A stretch of DNA of 62,273 nucleotides, the filler included, from Sluysia triapertura (Eukaryota): assembly GCA_046118255.1 (NCBI GenBank). It is 5 parts of 5 records of this genome, joined end to end, with 100 filler letters (N's around TTAATTAATTAA, not from the genome) between each part and the next. Parts side by side here need not be neighbours in the genome. Positions count along the whole stretch, not along the records: positions 47,181 to 62,273 come from JBJNIA010239661.1; 4 more parts are not named here. One strand, given 5' to 3'. Shown piece by piece: positions 50,101-62,273 of this stretch. A program made the translations under genes and the position numbers. Numbering within the stretch: the stretch's first letter is position 1; each line of letters begins with the position of its first letter. The notes under the pieces were generated by a model. The model made no database searches. It saw nothing but the letters and a program-made list of their open reading frames with translations, and was not told the origin of the DNA.

Positions 50101-53100
50101 TTATCAATTGCAATAAAAATGATCAATTAAATAAATATATTATTAATATTATCTATTTATACCACATTATATCTCAGATTAATAGTCTCTTTTATAATTA
50201 GGTATGTACTATACAAATAAGAAATTATCAATTTTTTATTGTTGTTTTATAAACATTATTGTTTTATTTATTTATAATATTCATTGTACATTGACAATGA
50301 TGTAACGGAAATATAACATACTTAGATTTAATATCAATTTTTAGATAATTATGCTTAATTTTAAAATTTAGACATTACTTTTTTGACAGGTATATGGAAA
50401 TGTTATTTGAAAAACTATCGAAAATTATAAATCAAGATTATATTAGATATATCAATCGTTTTATTAACATGCAATTTTGATTTTAAAAAATCAAAACACG
50501 AAATTAAATAATTTTTATTTTTTGATAAATGTTTAAATATTCAAGAAATAATTAAATAAATCTAATGAAGCAAAAATCACTTAAATGACACTATAATTTA
50601 TAAGAAATTGTAAATTAAAATTTCATGAAATTATGTGTTTAAAAGAATTATATACATTAAAATAATTTAATTTTATATATATACATCTATATATCAACTT
50701 CTTTTATTAAATGAATAATTAATTTGAACGAAAACTAAAATCCAATTATCTCAATCGTCAATACTAAATAAAGCGGACATAATTGAACCTAATTGTTTTT
50801 GTTATTTTGAGTAGACCACGGGCTCCAAAATAGTGAGAGAATGTTCTAAATCGATCTATTTAAATGTGATTCTCAAGTTATCACAAACAAAAGAATCTAT
50901 TTCTAATTGAATCTCATTAGAGATGTTTGAAGATTAGTCAGTTTTTCTTTAGCATCACTATTATGTTAAATTAATTGAGTTAGATTGACAAATTAATAAA
51001 CCATATTCACGACTACAATTGATTACTTAATTTTGTTCGATATTATTTGAGAAAGACTATTTTTAAATTGGAAATGTTATATTGGTAAAAAAAATGACAA
51101 GTATGAAAACATTCTCTAACTAATTATGTGTGAAGTTTTGTCTCAGTTTATGTATACATTTTGTGATTCTATTAGTAACAAATTAGAGCCATTTTGGTAT
51201 ACACTTGAATTAATACAATCTGTTTAATTTTGTGCCACTTTGATAGGTAAAGAAGCGACTTAAAATATTCATATGTTACATTAATTACGTAATTCGCTGT
51301 ACTGATTTTACAACATAAGCCTACTTTTATTGTGCCTACATAACATATTTGTTTGATTTGGAATTTATATTTTAAACGTGATTTATTTCATATTAACTAA
51401 ATTTAAATTAAAACCAAAAAAGGATTTAATGTAACAACTTTAATAAACAAAATTGTATTTCCCTCTCAATCATTGTATATACTTATAAGAATTAATTCAA
51501 CAATTTATGCCTGAATTATTCCATAAGATAATTCAAAATTGCTGTTGTCATTATTCGTAATCATCATTTTTGAGAAAATCGAAAAAAGTAAGCATAAGAA
51601 TTTCTGTAAATTGGTCAGTTTTATGGATTTATTTTCTTTAATGCCACTTCGTTTTTTTTGTACAAAAATCAATGATTTGGAACTAAATTAATATATAGTT
51701 ATCAAATTTATATGATCTATATGATAATTAATATGATTATACTGGTGGTTTAGAGAAATTATAAATAGTATAAATAATTCTTTCTTATAATTTTCGTTAT
51801 ACACGAAACAGTTTTATTTTTTGTGATTGTAGACAAGGAATAAAAACGAATCTTCTGCGTATGTTTTAATAATGCTAGACATATTTGATAATTGAAGCTG
51901 ATTGAGCGTTTTATGTGTTGTCCCACTTCAGTCAAACAAAATCTAATTTTTCTTTTTGATGACATAATTATGGTTAATTTAGTGTCAGTTTTAATTTGTA
52001 GATTTTGGTAAACATGATAATGAAATTGTTTTAGTATTTTTATTTTAATCTTTTATGTTTTTGTTTATGTTTATTTTAATCTTTTATATACAATAGTTTT
52101 GATGTATATTTTTGTAGTAAGGTTGTTATCTATTTACAAAAACCATTCTCATAATTGATTGTTAATTAATGACAGAAATATTGTTTTTACAGTTCAGATT
52201 TCCGTGTTGCAAATGTTACAACGATAATGGCTCTAGAAATTTTAAAATTAAAATTTAAGAAAGGATAAAGTTTATTAAACCAAAGCTTAATAAAAATATT
52301 CGCAGGTATATATGTTCCACGATAAGTTTTTTGCTTATCAAGCTACTCTAAACTGATTATATTAAGTATAATAATTTCAACAATGATAATGGTGTGAGAA
52401 TTTGATAAAAATTTTAATATTTAATTCATAACATTTCTTTGCGTATTTATGTGTGAATCCTTTATGATACCCGGCCGATACATAGATGTCAGCATAGATG
52501 CACGTAATAGAGGTCATATATGATTTTTTTGATTAGATATCCGCTAATCTCAGCGAGATTATATGTTTTAAATAGTTCATATATTAGGTGAAATTTAACT
52601 TTATTATTATGAAAATTAATTTTTATTAAGATGTGTATTTTCTGGAATAATTAAGTGTAATAGCTGTCGAAAATTGGAGGTTACTTAACGTAAAATTTAT
52701 TTCTTAATTGAACGTTTCTTCTAATTATATATTAATTTTCTTTTATAGGCGTGTTTATAAAACGAATCTTTGGTTTATCGAACAAATTATTTAAATTAAC
52801 AGAAAACAAATTTACAAAAATACAATTGCAATTATTAGAAAACTGATAAATAATGTTAGAATACATATTATGAATAAATATTATACAAATACTATAAAAT
52901 GTTACGATCCTACACAAAATATCAATTAATATGAAAATAATAGAAATGCACACGTTACTAGATATCGATAAAATATAAAATTTTAAATATTATTTTCTTT
53001 TTACAAAATAATAACGTTATCAAGATTTTATTTTAGTGATAAAAAGTTACCAGAAGTTATTTAAAATTTTTAAGTATATTTTACTAAGTTATATAAACTA

Positions 53101-53874
53101 ACGGATTAAAATCCGATAAATTTGTTTCAAGTAATGTTATGAGATGTAGTTTTCTGATAAACTGTGAGGAATCAAATTATTGAAAATTAAATTCAAATTG
53201 GTAAATCGAATTAAAACAAATTTAAAAAATCAAATGATTAAACTCAAGTTATGTTGTTGTGAAACTGTCTGCGACTATGCCTTCTATTTATAGTTGATTT
53301 AAGCATCTGTAGTTTCAATAATACATTTATTACTTTAGATTGATCACGTTTTTTCATTAATAATACAATAATAATAATAATCCTTTTTTAATAATATTAA
53401 TACTTTTGATAAATTTGATAATTTAATAATTTATAATACAATAATAGTAATAATAATTAAAATAACAACCATTTTTCTTAAAATATTATGCTTATTTAAC
53501 TTTCTCTAAATGTTGGAATTGTCCAACTACAGATCAGGAGTTGAGTAAGAGACATACATAATCATAAATTGAAGGAGGAGTTAATACGAAGTGATAGATT
53601 GAGATTATAAACATTGTTGGAAATAATCATGAAAATAAAAAACATTTATAATAAGGTTATAAACTGAAGAATATACCTTAGAGTTTCAATGATCTATATA
53701 AGGTGTTGAGACCTCGTGAAAAATGGAAATGGACTAGAAAACCTTTGAAGGTATTGGAGAATCTTTGAGCTTGTGAACATTGAGACCATCTGATGATTTA
53801 TTAATCTTTAAGTATTTTGAGACCTTGATAAGCATGTTAGATCTTTGAGTAATATTATAAGGTGTATAAAATCT

Positions 53875-54212
53875 TTAAAATATTTGAGAAATAAAATTAT
53901 TGTTCAAAATATTAAAGATCAATTTAGTATAGTAACGATTAACATGAAGAAGTAGAAAAGGAATCAGAGAGGTGAAGGAGAAAACATCTAGGGCCTCCTG
54001 AATGCCTTATAAATTGCCAAGTAGCTTTGGAACCTTAATGAAACCTTTAAACAAAAAATAAAATTAAGTCTAAAAATAAATAAATTAATTAAAATGTTAA
54101 TTAACTAAATTAAGAAAAAGTACGTTTTTGTGAATAACTTTTGAATGCTGAATGCTATTTTGAAATTGAAACTGTGTATGTATTTGTTTTGAAAAGACCT
54201 TTCGAGGAAGGT
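53875..54212 (+). repeat. Dispersed repeat, copy 2 (copy 1 at 22617-22942)
   Basis: Co-linear similarity over about 330 bp. Confidence 0.85.
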
Positions 54213-56162
54213 ATGGTTTGACCGAGTTCATAAAAGGAAAGCTTTAAAATTCAGCAAAGTCAAATTTTAATTAATTTTTAATTATGAAATGTTGAATTTA
54301 TTATACTTAAAGTGATGCAAATATGATGAATGGAATATGAGATGATTGATATGAAAGAGGAGAATCTATAAGTGAGTTAGAAAGGTTTGTAAAATGGTTC
54401 GTTTAAGAATAAGAAGCTTAAAACATTTTCATAAGAAAATTGGGTGTGAAAAATCGAAAATCAATTAAATTCTGAAAACTAAAATTAAATTACTTATTTT
54501 TTATGTATGTTAACCATAATAATGCTTGTTATATTAATGTGAGAATTAATTTAAGTAAAAATAGATTGAGTAGAGTAAAAAAGAAATGATGGTTGATAAT
54601 AAATCAGATTTATATGTTTTGTACGTACCATGTAGTTGTCAAAGTTGTTATTGTCGGTCTGATCCTCAAAGAGTTTAGGATGATTTGTGTGAGAGAATGT
54701 TTGATTGTGAAATTGTGAATTGATTAGAAAATGAGAGAGTATAAAATAAAGATTTCAAAATTTTTACAATACAATAATCACATATTAGCACAACATCGAT
54801 GTCACAAATGATGATAGAAGATCCATGCATAAGGTAAAATATTTAATTTTTGTTTATTTATTATTTTATTAAAATAGTTGATTTTAGCTTAAATATTATA
54901 TTATTTTCAGATAATTTTTAAGTTGTTTTTAAGGTAGGTTGACAAGAAATGATTTTTAAAATATTTTGATTTTTAGCTAATTGAGAGTAATTTTAAAGAG
55001 AAACACTCTGCCCGATTTTAGGATATTTATTTTTTTAGTGTTCATTGCGTCACTCCTGGTTTTAGAAACACTATTGTACATTATTTTACTCTTTTAGTTT
55101 GACTGTTGGAAATAACTTTAAACTTTAATTTGATTTTTGTATAATAATAATAATAAGTTGTTGCCTTATTTTTGATTTGATTCTTAAGATTTTTAATTTT
55201 GGGATACAATTATTAATATTACGTAAGAAGAGTATTGAAGGGTTATTTTTTGATATATTGAGTATATAAATAGTTGATATTTCGTAATTAATTAAATTGA
55301 TATCGATTTAAAATAATTAACAATTTTTAAAGACGCAACAATTTGTTTTGTCATAAACTTACCACTTGTTTATTATATTTTGTTTTTAGTAGAGATTTCG
55401 GCACTCATTAAAAATAAAAACAAAAATAAGGTTAATAACAATCCATATCAAAAACTTCTTACTATCAATTACTTTCATTCAAAATTTTAGATACATTCTT
55501 GACCCACGAAGTTAGTTAAATTATATAATTATAAACAATTAAAATAACCACGTGGATAATAAAAGTCATAGGGAATTCAAAGTTCAATTAAAAGATATTT
55601 TTTTATATCGCATCGAATTTAATTACAAGTATAAATTCATTAGACAATATTTCTTTAACCTCCAGTACTTACATTTTCTTTAAGCGCTGACCATTTAGTG
55701 TGTAAACCCGGTGTCATAGAGGACTTACGAATATAAACGCATAAATATAAATATATTAACGTTTTAATTTCTATTTTCCACAAATTCTCAAAATACCATC
55801 TGCATGTATGATTAATTTATCCTTATCTCGCTTAAAGTAGAAGATATTACCAAAATACTTAATGAGTTCGTACATATTATCTAGATTCATAATGAATTCG
55901 AAGGTGTGATCATTATAATTATCAAATAGATATACATTATCTGAATAGTTAATAACTTTATGAATGATATCTTTTGATTTATACATTAAATCATTCATTA
56001 GTTCAATATTAAACATGTCTCTTTTTGGAGAATAGTTCATCACTATTTTTATTGATCAATTATGGCAAAAATTTGTATATACTGCTATATTTGGTATCCA
56101 TTATATATTAGCCAATAAGGAAACTTTTTACGTTGCCGTAATTTAATTTTAATTCTTATGAA

Positions 56163-56205
<43 letters not shown>

Positions 56206-57201
56206 CATTATTATAATTGTTATTGTGAAATATTATAATAAGATTGTAATTATTAACTTTGAATCATTTATATCTGTCGAAAAAACGAAGAATCTCTTAT
56301 ACTTTTAACACGACTTTTGCATAAACAAAACCTCTTATCTACTTCGATTTGCATTAGAATAAAAGTTATATTTCTCAATTTTCTTGATCGAGTAATTATT
56401 GTGTGAATATCATACAATTGGAACATGTCATATGTTGTTCTTTTAAAGTTCTGAGTTCGTTTTTTGTGAAGATTTTCTTTCGGGTAATTGATTACTGTTG
56501 TTGACTAAACATTTTGTTTAGACTGAAGCAATTTGTTAGGATTATACCGATACTAATGGTTAATTGGTGTTGCATTAACTTCTCTTTCATCTCCTCTTAA
56601 ATCAGCATCATCATCTGACTTGATAAATATATAAGGTCATGATTGAGCGTGAATGAAGGTACGATTATAGTACGAAAGTTTTTTCATTTCATCAATTCTC
56701 AATTTTTTGTTGTGATTGGATTTTCGTAACCAATACTATATTTTAATAGTTTGCATTGATTCAGCTAATTTTCTTTAAGTAGTTTCGATTTTCTCTAATC
56801 CCGGTTTAGTACCAAATCTTGTAATTTGTCGATGTCGTTTCGCAGTAAATCCTGCTTAGGTTCTTCCGATTTCTGCTTCTATATCCAGTTTTCAGCTTCT
56901 AGAGTTTGACGTTCAATTAGTGTCACTGCTTATTGAATCGTTTCACTGATTGGACATATTGATTAGACATTTTCTCGTTGAAATTGGTGGTAGAAAGAAT
57001 TGGGAAGTAAAATAAGAGAAAGTGCTAGAGAAATGCAAGTAAAAATAATAATCTAATAGGAAGTTAGGGAGAAGTGAGAGTGAGCAGTAAAAAGAATGAT
57101 AATAGAAAACTAGAGAATTTGAAGATTTCATTTCATTTTTAATGGATTTTGAATTTTTAAATGAAGATATTTTAAGTTATTAATATTTAATGTTTTAATA
57201 T

Positions 57202-58075
57202 TGTTAGGTTGTCATCATAACCATACAAAACAACTTTAAAATGTCATAATGACACTAAAATTATTTAAAACTATCAAAAAATTAATTAAATCATATAAAA
57301 CGCTTTAAAACCATTTATTAATCTTTAAAATTAATTAAAAAACAATTATTTTCCAAAAACGAAATTATTTTTCAAAAAAAGAAAATTAAATTTCTAAAAA
57401 GAAAATTAGCTTCTAAAAATAGAATAGGAGCTTCTAGAATATTCTTGAACATTCCATCGATTTTCATTGGATGACATCTATTTAAACTAGCATCAATACA
57501 ATGAAAATCGCCATTTTTGAAAACACAAATTGTTCAATTTCATTCGGTTTGCTGCGCGATTCAAGAAAATTGTGAATTTTAGTAATCGTCACAATTTCCA
57601 GCTATTCCTCACTTATTCTGAGGAAAATATCAAATTCCATTTTTGGGTAATTTATATATTTTTAAGGGCGATTTTATCTTTCGGAGTTACAATAATAAAA
57701 TACAAGCAAATTTCATATTAATTTATAAAATTTTTAAACTCTCCGATATACTGAGAGGTAAACTCTACTCAAACTATATTAGCACTAGATTAAACGCTCG
57801 CGGAGCTTTAATCTTAAAAACATTTAAAGCTTTTTTAATCTACTATCTTAAATGATTAGAATTTTTGTATTTTTGAATAAAATAATCAGTACTTCTGTGT
57901 TGTTTGATTATTTAATTAATACTATTGAGCGATAATAAGACCCTCTACCATTAATTTGTTAGCTAGAGATAGTACTTTTTAGGTAACCTTTTAACTTATT
58001 AGTTACAGAAGTTCCAACGATACATAGTAAGACGTATACTGTAATATTTCGACGTAGGTTAGAAAAACCACAGCA
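57202..58075 (+). mobile_element. Solo LTR with 4-bp target-site duplication ATAT
   Basis: atat-TGTTAGGTTGTCATC...AAAACCACAGCA-atat; homologous to the 33001 copy. Confidence 0.8.
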
Positions 58076-59119
58076 ATATTTAATATTTGCGCAATGATGT
58101 TGGCCGCCACAAATCTATTCAAAGAAAAATACCGCAACATAGTTAAATAATTTCAAAAGGACCGGTATAATTTAATCACGCGAAAAATCAAGAATTAAAG
58201 AATAAAAAAGCATTAAATATTTTATCATTTCGAATTTTGGATCTAGTGTAATTAAGATGACACATCTAAGCATTATTTTCAAGACTCACCTGCATTCTTT
58301 ATTTTTTATTTATTAGCTCTGCAAATAATTGTTTATAATGAGAATTATGTGATTTTAATCAAAATATTATAAACTAAATAACTTCTAAAAATTGAAATAA
58401 GTTGGAATATTATTATTAAAATAATTCAAATTTAACTAAATAATAATCGGAAAAAGCGGGTCTAAATCAAATAATGAAATAATAGTTTCAAATAAAAATT
58501 TTATAGTCAAATATTGTGTGTTTAGATATACTAGTAAATGTCAAAAGTAAATATCAAGATAATTAATATAAAACAGAGCTAAAAATATTTTATTAAATGT
58601 CAAATTAGAAAAAAATATAAAATTTGCAAACTTAAATGCTTAATTTTCTTTATTATCATCATTTTTTTATATAAGAATTTAAAATGTAGACATCATTGAA
58701 TTGTACATTCATTTAGTAGGCAGAAAATTAAATTTTTTATTTATGTACAAATTTTAATAAGAAATTTTAAAGTAAACTATAAAGGATAGAAAACATAATA
58801 TTCTAAATTTGATATTCTTTGGTTAATAAATCATAATGAAGAAAATTCTACAAGAAAGGGATCAGGAATAAAATAATCGACTGAAAAAAATTAGAAAGTT
58901 TGAAGTCCTTATTAGAAACGAACCTTTCGTACAGAACGTATTTCGATAACTTTTGAAATAAGTGTAAATTTAAGGTGAACATATTCTCAGAATGTAATAG
59001 AAATTCATTCCATTGCGAAAAAAATTTCTGACCTAGAATATCCAGGAAACGATATACTCCATATCATAATAATAAGTCAAATTTTTTTAATAAAAGAGAA
59101 GAAATAATAAAAAAGATAA

Positions 59120-60042
59120 GACACTGATTTTATAATAAAAACCCTCTAAAATTATGTAAAATATCTTTAAAATCATTTAAAGAATATTTTAAAGCTTCCA
59201 AATAACTAAAAAAATATTTATTTTCCAACAAAGAAAATAAACTCGTCAAAACAGAATAAAAGCTTCTAGAACGTTCTGGAATATTCAATCTATTTCTATT
59301 GGCTGATGACTAGTAATAAACTAACATAAGTTCAATTACAATTCATAACTTCATTTTCTCGATTTCATTAGCACAATAGCATTACTAATATTTCATTTTT
59401 ACAATTTATTTTAAAACAAAGGCAGTGTCTCAATTTCGCTTTATCAGTATAAGTGAATTATTCCAATTCCAAATCCAATTCCAATTAGTGGTTTTATCGA
59501 CACAGCTTCCTTTTTAAAATTTGGTGTCAAAACAGTTTATTGGATACAATTTTAAAATTTAATTCCGGACAACTTCCAGGATTTATCACGATCATTTTAT
59601 TTGTTGTTTGGTAAGCTTTATTATTATTATTATTGTTGAAACATAAAATACACGTAAATTAATTTAAGGAACTTTCACAAACCCGATGTAGTGAGGGTAA
59701 AGTTTATAAATTAAATTTATATACATTAAAAAATCAAAGGATCCATCGGATTTTGATTTTAAATTAAGACAGTTTTATAGCTTAACTTAGTAATTGATAT
59801 ATTAATATTATATTATATCATTATTAACCTGTTAATTTAATTAATATATATCCTCAGTTTCCTTATTTTAATTATATTAGTTGGATAGATTGTAATTAAA
59901 GTAACTAATAGATTTTATTTTAAATTTTTACGTTAAACTTAACTTAGTGTTAGTTACAGAGACGTTACATAAGACGTTTACTGTTACAAGACCCTGCTCA
60001 CTTTTATTTTGCCGTCGGTTAAGAGTTAAGAAAACCACAGCA
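59120..60042 (+). mobile_element. Diverged solo-LTR family copy
   Basis: aaaccctctaaaa..agcttctagaa..ctattggctgatgactagt...ggttaagagttaagaaaaccacagca. Confidence 0.7.
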
Positions 60043-61772
60043 ATAAGAAAAGAACACTTACTGAAATGTCTCGTAAACGTATTATAACTTTCGTCAACAA
60101 TTTGCAGATTTTATGGTTTTCCTGAGATTTGAGATTTTGCTCTTTTGGCATTGTTAGACTGATGTGCTCTGAGATTATTTATATTTAAATTTTTTAACAA
60201 TTCTTCTAATAAGTGCTCAATTGTGAATATAAGGAACAATTTAATGTTGTTCATGTGAACTACTTTCTTTATAATCATATTTATGCCTTCAGTACATTTA
60301 AGACTATCCAAATGAACTCGGTTGCTCGACAAAGGACTCAGTTGTACTCTCATTTCTATTATTGCTAGTTTCCATGTTAATATTGTAATCTGCTAAATAA
60401 CATTTCTGAAGCACACTTTGAATAAGACGATTCTTTCCATGTCTCTATAATCTCATATCTGTAAGTAATGTTTTTAGGTAATTTTATGGTCTGTTTGTGC
60501 CGATTAGTGACACTTGATGAAGGATAGGTGATGTCGTTATTAATGGAAATATATAGTTATCATTTTTAAGTCTTAATTTCGTTGAATCCATGAGAATTGT
60601 TATTACACTCGACAGAATAAATTGCCCCATAATACACCACATCATTGCCTGAAGTAATATATATGTTTTAATAATTAGGTTCTATTTTGTGGTTTCCCAA
60701 TTACACTTAATTATCATTTGTTGTTGATTGAATGGAACGATAACTTTATCGTCATAATTTGTATCAAAAACTTTTTAACGTTTAATTCAACTTCTTCCAA
60801 ATAGATCGACTCAAACTATTAGAATAAATTTTTGGCGAAACCAAATTTAATGTCACAATAAATAAAACACATTTTCCTTTTTAAAATAAAACTTTTATTG
60901 AGTTTTATTTCATTCTAAAATAGATACCATTTATTTATTGCAAATTTTATTATTTTTTACGGTACTGATTTAGAATTGTTCTATTTTAGAGGTTCCGCAG
61001 TATCAAAGGTATAAAAAAATATTCAAAACTTGTACAAAATAATACAAAGACTGATTTTATATGGTAATAACTATATAAATTGAAGTTATCTCTTGATTTT
61101 ATTTGAAATTTTGAGCTGCTAATTTGGACAATAGGTAGTTAATATTTTAAAAATTACTATTTTCTTAACATGTTACAAAACAGAAAAAAATGTAACATAA
61201 ATAAATTTATTTCATCAAAATTATGAGTGAATAAAGTATAATGATGATAACAATAATTTACAAAATTAAGGTAACGTTCCTTAATCTCAACGATTTGAAT
61301 TTTATAGCTTTTTTAAACATCTATTAAAAAATAATTATAATGAATTTTAGTCAGATTTTACCCACTTTTGTAAAATTGTGTTCATAAAAATTTCTGGGAT
61401 GATGATTGAAAATTGTCAATAAATTCGAACAACAAAAAACCAAGTTTTTTTTGTATTAAAGAATTAGATTGTGAAGGTACACTCGATTAATGGACATTTT
61501 TTTAATTAAATTTGATCCAAGAATTTAAAATTAACGTTGTATTGAAGATTACTTTTGATTAACTTCACGTTTAATTTATTTTTTGTGTTTTTGTGTCAAA
61601 ATGTTTTGTTTTTATTTGGTTTATTTGCAGTTTTGTGCATTTAAATCAAAAATATTATTTTCGTAAGGATACTACTTTGCTTTTAAATTTTCTTCTTATT
61701 TCTTGGAGAGTATAGTACTTATTAAAAGTACTTATTATTATAGAAAGATTATTATTATTGTTATTGACATCA

Positions 61773-61837
<65 letters not shown>
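61773..61837. repeat. (TTA)n microsatellite (another at 56167-56203)
   Basis: Read directly; explains the spurious poly-Leu ORF 61703-61891. Confidence 0.95.
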
Positions 61838-61838
<1 letters not shown>

Positions 61839-62176
61839 CTTTATTATATTTTTTTATATATTATTATCATTATTATTTAAAATTATTATAATTATAATTA
61901 CATATTTCGTTCGTTTCTATTGAACTTTTAATGAAGTATTTTAATTAAAATATCTATCACAAAATGATTTTCAAAAATTATAAAAATAATTAAGAAAACT
62001 TTAATTTAACAATACTTAGAACTGAAAATGATAAATTTACGAATGATTACCTAAAATGTTGCTAGGAAGGTTTCTGAAAATTAAGTATCATTTATTATTC
62101 AATATAATGATTCTTAAAATTAAATTTTTTAGTTGTTTCTTAATTTATTATTTTTTAAATTATAAAATTGTTTGTA

Positions 62177-62273
62177 TTAACAGTCGGATGGTAGAGGGGG
62201 GGTCCAATGGACTCCGGGTGGATAAGAAATAACTTTTGGCAAGGGAATATATGGAATTAAAATCTGTGCTTCA
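62177..62273 (+). mobile_element. Possible piggyBac-type left end
   Basis: TTAA-cagtcggatggtagagggGGGTCCAATGGACTC; related hairpin gggtccaatagaccc at ~38502. Confidence 0.4.

Noticed and set aside
60111-60450. gag-like relic next to the solo LTR
   Set aside because: Only a weak motif resemblance, and the orientation is opposite to the LTR.
61703-61891. Poly-Leu membrane protein ORF
   Set aside because: Artefact of the (TTA)n microsatellite.

Overview
Very AT-rich eukaryotic (animal-like) genomic DNA with spliceosomal GT-AG introns. It is not prokaryotic, and I see no CRISPR array, rRNA or tRNA. Four identical 100-nt linkers (N44-TTAATTAATTAA-N44 at 11707, 24165, 35548, 47081) split the window into five pieces that are probably unlinked scaffolds, so synteny across them should not be trusted. 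Host genes: the 5' half of XPD/ERCC2 (minus strand, 9 exons, 21427 to 12800, with 31-49-nt micro-introns beside a 5.6-kb intron); three internal exons of mitochondrial initiation factor 2 (plus strand, 37587-46239); a NIT-domain receptor (guanylyl-cyclase-type) pseudogene (about 94-6803); a degenerate 7TM GPCR-like ORF antisense in an MTIF2 intron; and the 3' end of an unknown gene. The rest is mostly decayed mobile DNA. The most notable item is a fossil Maverick/Polinton (adintovirus-like) virion module at about 7700-10400 (penton, core protein, major capsid, protease, with ATGA stop/start overlaps), plus other virus-like relics (Bro-N-like, D5-helicase-like). There are also Tc1/mariner, IS630-like, piggyBac, hATm, REL-type non-LTR and gag relics, and a multi-copy solo-LTR family. 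All family assignments come from manual translation and motif recall, not database searches.
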